A DNA stretch of 64,000 nucleotides from Candidatus Falkowbacteria bacterium (GTDB lineage: Bacteria > Patescibacteriota > Patescibacteriia > UBA11705): NCBI GenBank assembly GCA_003518055.1, contig DOZJ01000001.1, positions 68,253-132,252 of the forward strand. Reading direction: 5' to 3'. Every line of letters begins with the position of its first letter. Within the stretch, counting starts at the first letter, position 1. Shown here one piece after another: positions 59,641-64,000 of this stretch. Below the pieces are notes generated by a model that was not told the origin of the DNA, made no database searches, and saw only the letters and a program-made list of their open reading frames with translations. The position numbers and the translations under genes are program-made.

Positions 59641-60148
59641 AGGTGGATAACCATTTTAATGTATTTTCAAAACTTATCTTTATGCGTTGTTTAAAGTTTG
59701 TATCTGAAATATGTAGATTAATATCATCGGAATATTTTTCAAGAAAATTATTGTGATCATTAATGAATTCATCAATTTTATCTAATGATTCATGATAGCC
59801 TTTTATTTTATAAAGTTGAACTAATAGATCTTTTGTTAAGTCTAGACTGATTATATAGTATTGGTAGTTGTTAGTTGTAAGTGATTGTTTTAGTTTTTCC
59901 CACTCTCTGTCAATACTGGCATCAAGTATGAAAGATATTCTACTTTGGATAATTTCTTGGTATCTTTCATTGCGACGTTTTAAATGTTCTTCGTTGTCCA
60001 GTGAGCCTAGGTCTTATATAACTTCAAAACGAATAGCGTCGTTATTAAATATAGGTATATTCAATTTGGGACTTAAATAATTGGCAATGGGTGATTTTGA
60101 ACTACCAACCGCACCAGCAAATAAGATGACAAATTTTTCTTTTTTCAT
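59639..60148 (-). pseudogene. P-loop kinase (AAA_33-like) with single in-frame TAA (60014-60016)
   Basis: MKKEKFVILFAGAVGSSKS..NNDAIRFEVI*DLG..ILDAS.., 170 codons; not in the ORF track. Confidence 0.8.
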
Positions 60149-60285
60149 ATATTATAAAGGTTAATCGTTTATAGTATAGTTATATTCTCCTATGGGGTCA
60201 AGAAAATTTAAAAGAAAAAACTGCTAAGGTCCGCCTTCGCTAAAGCTATGGCGGACACGGCAAGTAAAAAATTAATGGTCTTTTC

Positions 60286-60326
60286 TGGAGCTCCATAGTG
60301 TGGGGTGTTAGGACTTGTTTTGTTTA
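60286..60326 (+). repeat. 40-bp direct repeat copy 2
   Basis: tggagctccatagtgtggggtgttaggacttgttttgttta. Confidence 0.85.
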
Positions 60327-60414
60327 TCGGTTGACACCGTAAAATATTTATGATAATGTTTTATGATGATTTTTAACAATTTTACTCACGACCACCAACA
60401 AGAAAAGGGGACAA

Positions 60415-61575
60415 ATGATGCAAGTCGTCTATGCAAGAGAATCGCCACCTGAAGAAATTACAAAAAGTATTTTTCTTGCTGGTCCATCTCCTAGAGATGA
60501 TTCACATTTAAATTGGCGTGTTGAAGCTTTGGAAATTCTTCAGAGGATTGGTTATGATGGTGTAGTTTTTATTCCTCTTCCTCGTGACGGAAATTGGAGT
60601 CACTCGTATGATTCTCAGGTCATTTGGGAATCAACATACTTGCACATGGCGGATTTAATTGTTTTTTGGATTCCCCGTGATCTCCACGCTCTACCTGCTT
60701 TTACAACTAATGTTGAGTTTGGATGGTGGTTTAGTTCCGGTAAGGCAACCTTGGGATTTCCTGTCCACGCACCAAAAATGAGATATTTGGAGCATCACGC
60801 CAAGGATGAATGTGTTTCAATTTTTTACACGCTTGAAGATACACTTCAGGGTGTTGTTCAAAAATTGGGTGATGGTTCACTTCGAGTTGGCGGCCAGAGA
60901 GAGGTCCCACTTTATATTTGGAAAACAAATCATTTCCAGGCTTGGCATCGTGCTCAGGTTGGTGCGGGTAATCGTCTTGATGGAGCAAAGGTTGTTTGGA
61001 CTTTTAGAGTTGGACCGCAGAAGAATTTTGTTTTTTTCTGGGCTATTCATGTAGATGTCTACATTGCAAATGAAGATCGGCATAAGACAAATGAAGTCGT
61101 GATTTCACGGCCGGATATTGCGACGATCGTGGCATATAGACCGGCACCGGATGTTTTGGACTCACAAGTCGTGTTGATTCGAGAATTTCGATCGCCGGCA
61201 ACGACTGATGATGGATTTATTCGGGAGGTTCCTGGTGGTTCATCATGGAAGCCGGGTGAAAATCCGTTTGTCACAGCGGCTCATGAGTTGGCAGAAGAGA
61301 CGGGGTTTTCTGTTGAAGCTTCACGATTGAGATTTGTTGGAGCTAGGCAGGTGGCTGGAACTCTTTCAGCGCATAAGGCTCATGTATTCGCGTGTGAAGT
61401 GACCGATGAAGAATTGGAGTCTTTGCGGCAACAGAAAGGGGTGGCTCATGGCGTAGTTGAAGATACGGAAAGAACTTACGTTGAAGTTCACCGACTGGGT
61501 GATTTGATTGACAGTCGGTCCAATGCGGTTGACTGGTCCATGCTCGGTATGATTTTGACGGTGCTCAATCAATAA
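60415..61575 (+). CDS. nucleoside 2-deoxyribosyltransferase-like domain fused to NUDIX hydrolase
   Basis: SIFLAGP..WR, QV.WE, AD..FWIPR, TTNVEFG; EVPGG...ELAEETG. Confidence 0.85.
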   Translation: MMQVVYARESPPEEITKSIFLAGPSPRDDSHLNWRVEALEILQRIGYDGVVFIPLPRDGNWSHSYDSQVIWESTYLHMADLIVFWIPRDLHALPAFTTNVEFGWWFSSGKATLGFPVHAPKMRYLEHHAKDECVSIFYTLEDTLQGVVQKLGDGSLRVGGQREVPLYIWKTNHFQAWHRAQVGAGNRLDGAKVVWTFRVGPQKNFVFFWAIHVDVYIANEDRHKTNEVVISRPDIATIVAYRPAPDVLDSQVVLIREFRSPATTDDGFIREVPGGSSWKPGENPFVTAAHELAEETGFSVEASRLRFVGARQVAGTLSAHKAHVFACEVTDEELESLRQQKGVAHGVVEDTERTYVEVHRLGDLIDSRSNAVDWSMLGMILTVLNQ

Positions 61576-61692
61576 ATCGTTCTAAAGAGAGCGGTTTTTT
61601 TTGTAATAAAAATATCTGATTTAAGCAGATATATTTATTAATGAAGTATTAGTTGTTGACCCAAAGTAAAAATTCATTATAATTAAGGGCAT

Positions 61693-63447
61693 ATGTCAAA
61701 TTTGTTACAAGTGACGGATCTCTCAAAATCATATAGCGGCCAAGTTGTTTTGGATGCCGCGGCTTTTAGTGTTGGCGCGGGTAAGAAGATTGCAGTTATC
61801 GGCAGAAATGGGGCCGGGAAGTCAACACTGTTCAAAATTATTACCGGTCAGGAAGAAGCGGATTCGGGAAATCTCATTTTCTCCGCTCAGACCAGATTGG
61901 GCTATTTGAAGCAAGAAGATGATTTTCAGGAAAATGATACGGTTTTGTCGTATCTACAACGAAAAAGTGACGTCGAAGAATGGCGGTGCGCCAAAGCCGC
62001 CGCGCAGTTTGAATTGAAGGATGAGAAATTGGAAGCTTTGGTTTCCACGTTGTCCGGCGGCTATCAAATGCGGGTAAAATTGGCGTCAATGCTACTGCTC
62101 GAGCCGAATTTAATTTTGCTTGATGAGCCGACAAATTATCTTGATTTGAGTACGACTCTTTTGTTGGAAAAATTTTTGCGAAGTTATCGGGGGACTTATT
62201 TGGTGATTTCGCATGATCGCAATTTTATCAAGAATACATGTACTGAGGTTTTGGAGCTTGAGTGGGGCAAGGCATATTATTTCCCAAATTCACTGGAGCA
62301 TTATTTTGAATACAAAGAAAAAAAGTTGGAAACGGATTTGAATTTTAATAAAAAACAAGAAAAAAAGAAGCAACATTTGCAGCAGTTTGTTGATCGGTTT
62401 GGAGCCAAAGCCTCAAAAGCCTCGCAGGCGAAATCAAAATTGAAACAAATTGAACGATTGGAGACAATTCAAATCCAAAGTTCATTGGCCGGTGTCAGGA
62501 TGAAGATACATGATGTAAAAGCCGTGCATGGTTTTGTTTGGCGATTGAAGGATTTGGCTATCGGTTATGGTTCCAAGGTTGTGGCTGGAAATATTGATTT
62601 GGATCTGGAGCGAGGGTCTCATGTATCGATTCTGGGTGATAATGGACAAGGCAAAAGTACATTTTTGAAGACATTGGCTGAGCGAATAGAGCCGGTTTCA
62701 GGAAGTTATAAAAAATTGGAGGGAGTCAAAGTGGCATATTATGCTCAACACGTAATGTCTGAAATGGGTGGTTCGGAAACGGTCAAACAGTATTTGGAGC
62801 GAGCGGCACAATTTAATATTTTGGAGGAAGAAATTTTCAAGATGGCCGGGAATTTTCTGTTTCGTGATGATGATTTGAAAAAGCCGATTTCGATTTTGTC
62901 CGGAGGTGAGAAGGCAAGGTTGTGTTTGGCGGGGATTTTGCTTAATACTTATGATGTGCTACTTTTGGATGAGCCGACCAGTCATTTGGACTTTGAGACG
63001 GTTGAAGTGTTGGCCAGATCTCTGGCGGGAACCAATGTGGCGGTGTTGTTCGTCAGTCATGATCGTGACTTTATTAAAATCTTGGCTGAGAGGATTCTGG
63101 AGGTCAAAAACGGCACAATTAAACATTTTTACGGTGATTTCGATGATTATATAGAATATTTACAAAAAAATTCAAATCAAGAAACAGATGAGGCTAAGGC
63201 TCGAACACCAAGAGTAAACGTAAACCACCGAAAATCAATTTTGGCCGAGGAAAAGATGAAGAAAAGGGAACTGGAACGTATAGAAAAAATGATTGATTCT
63301 TTGAAGAAAGACCGTGAGGAAATTTTGAAGATGTTTGCCGAGAATCCAACCAAGATAAATTTATCATTAGATAAAAGAAGAAAAACAATTGAATTGGAAA
63401 TAAAACAATGGGAAGAAAAATGGTTTGAATTATCAGTACATATTTGA
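61693..63447 (+). CDS. ABC-F family ATPase
   Basis: two ABC cassettes (GRNGAGKS/LSGG/DEPTN and GDNGQGKS/LSGGE/DEPTS), no TMs. Confidence 0.93.
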   Translation: MSNLLQVTDLSKSYSGQVVLDAAAFSVGAGKKIAVIGRNGAGKSTLFKIITGQEEADSGNLIFSAQTRLGYLKQEDDFQENDTVLSYLQRKSDVEEWRCAKAAAQFELKDEKLEALVSTLSGGYQMRVKLASMLLLEPNLILLDEPTNYLDLSTTLLLEKFLRSYRGTYLVISHDRNFIKNTCTEVLELEWGKAYYFPNSLEHYFEYKEKKLETDLNFNKKQEKKKQHLQQFVDRFGAKASKASQAKSKLKQIERLETIQIQSSLAGVRMKIHDVKAVHGFVWRLKDLAIGYGSKVVAGNIDLDLERGSHVSILGDNGQGKSTFLKTLAERIEPVSGSYKKLEGVKVAYYAQHVMSEMGGSETVKQYLERAAQFNILEEEIFKMAGNFLFRDDDLKKPISILSGGEKARLCLAGILLNTYDVLLLDEPTSHLDFETVEVLARSLAGTNVAVLFVSHDRDFIKILAERILEVKNGTIKHFYGDFDDYIEYLQKNSNQETDEAKARTPRVNVNHRKSILAEEKMKKRELERIEKMIDSLKKDREEILKMFAENPTKINLSLDKRRKTIELEIKQWEEKWFELSVHI

Positions 63448-63656
63448 TCGGTATAAAAATCGCATATGATTTATGCGTTTTTTTATTTTAGTTGAGGCAA
63501 TCTTTGGTTTTGAGAAAATCAACGGATGTCGGGGCTGAACCTTGAATTATTTCATTAAAAATGTTTTATGTATCAGGTATGTATGAACTAGTAATTTTGT
63601 TTCGGTCCACGTCAAGGGGAATGTTTAAAACATATGTTTGAGATAGTGTTTTTCTT

Positions 63657-63697
63657 TGGAGCTCCATAGTGTGGGGCGTTATAATTTGTTTTGTTTA
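63657..63697 (+). repeat. 40-bp direct repeat copy 3
   Basis: tggagctccatagtgtggggcgttataatttgttttgttta. Confidence 0.85.
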
Positions 63698-63753
63698 AAA
63701 AAGCCACAGAAGATTCTGTGACAAAGGTAATACAGTTTTTTATAGTTATTCAG

Positions 63754-63999
63754 TTAACGTGTGGGGTTGACTCGGTTACAATTGATATCGGTAACAAAAC
63801 CAGGAAGATTCATGACTTTGTCGAAATCTCTTTGATGGAAAACGATACCTCCAGCAGATTCAGAAGAAATAAGACGGCAAAGGGGATTTTGATCGTCCCA
63901 ATTAATTTCTTCACAATCAATTTCAGCAGGAACCCAAAGACGTCCACGCCCCTCTCGTCCTTCTCTACTTCTAACTTCATCTCGGATATAATCTGGTAA
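63754..63999 (-). CDS. 3' end of a hypothetical gene running off the window
   Basis: open frame LPDYIRDEV...NRVNPTR* followed by hairpin gtcacagaa/ttctgtggc plus T run. Confidence 0.55.
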   Translation of the reverse strand, partial: LPDYIRDEVRSREGREGRGRLWVPAEIDCEEINWDDQNPLCRLISSESAGGIVFHQRDFDKVMNLPGFVTDINCNRVNPTR

Positions 64000-64000
64000 A

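Noticed and set aside
32996-60016. Stop-codon reassignment explaining the two in-frame stops
   Set aside because: They are different codons (TAG and TAA), and TAA, TAG and TGA all terminate conserved genes in the window

Overview
64 kb of a small-genome bacterium, most likely Patescibacteria/CPR (Parcubacteria-like). This is inferred from the VirB2/TrbC-like pilin array behind a lone solute-binding lipoprotein, the TrmB regulators, CPR-type secreted repeat domains and REP-like palindromes. TGA is used as a stop, so code 11 applies. Housekeeping genes: galU, yebC-ruvC, PBP1a, recX, smc, zur-ZIP, ABC-F, MFS, PP2C and a relE-phd pair. Notable loci: (i) eight tandem pilins followed by three GT-C-like membrane proteins; (ii) a PKD-7TM protein with three ATP-grasp ligases, one fused to a retropepsin-like peptidase; (iii) a PurA homologue lacking the catalytic His41 and Gln224; (iv) an amidohydrolase-Zn ribbon-CoaB-CoaC operon; (v) a protein made of about six winged-helix-like repeats; (vi) a secreted GH9. 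Intergenic DNA holds tiny palindromic elements that are visibly inserted into one another, a 40-bp direct repeat delimiting gene blocks at the right end, and boxA-like motifs behind the promoters of SD-led accessory operons. Two genes carry single in-frame stops. No rRNA, tRNA or CRISPR array was recognised. All family calls come from motif recognition by eye; no database search was run.
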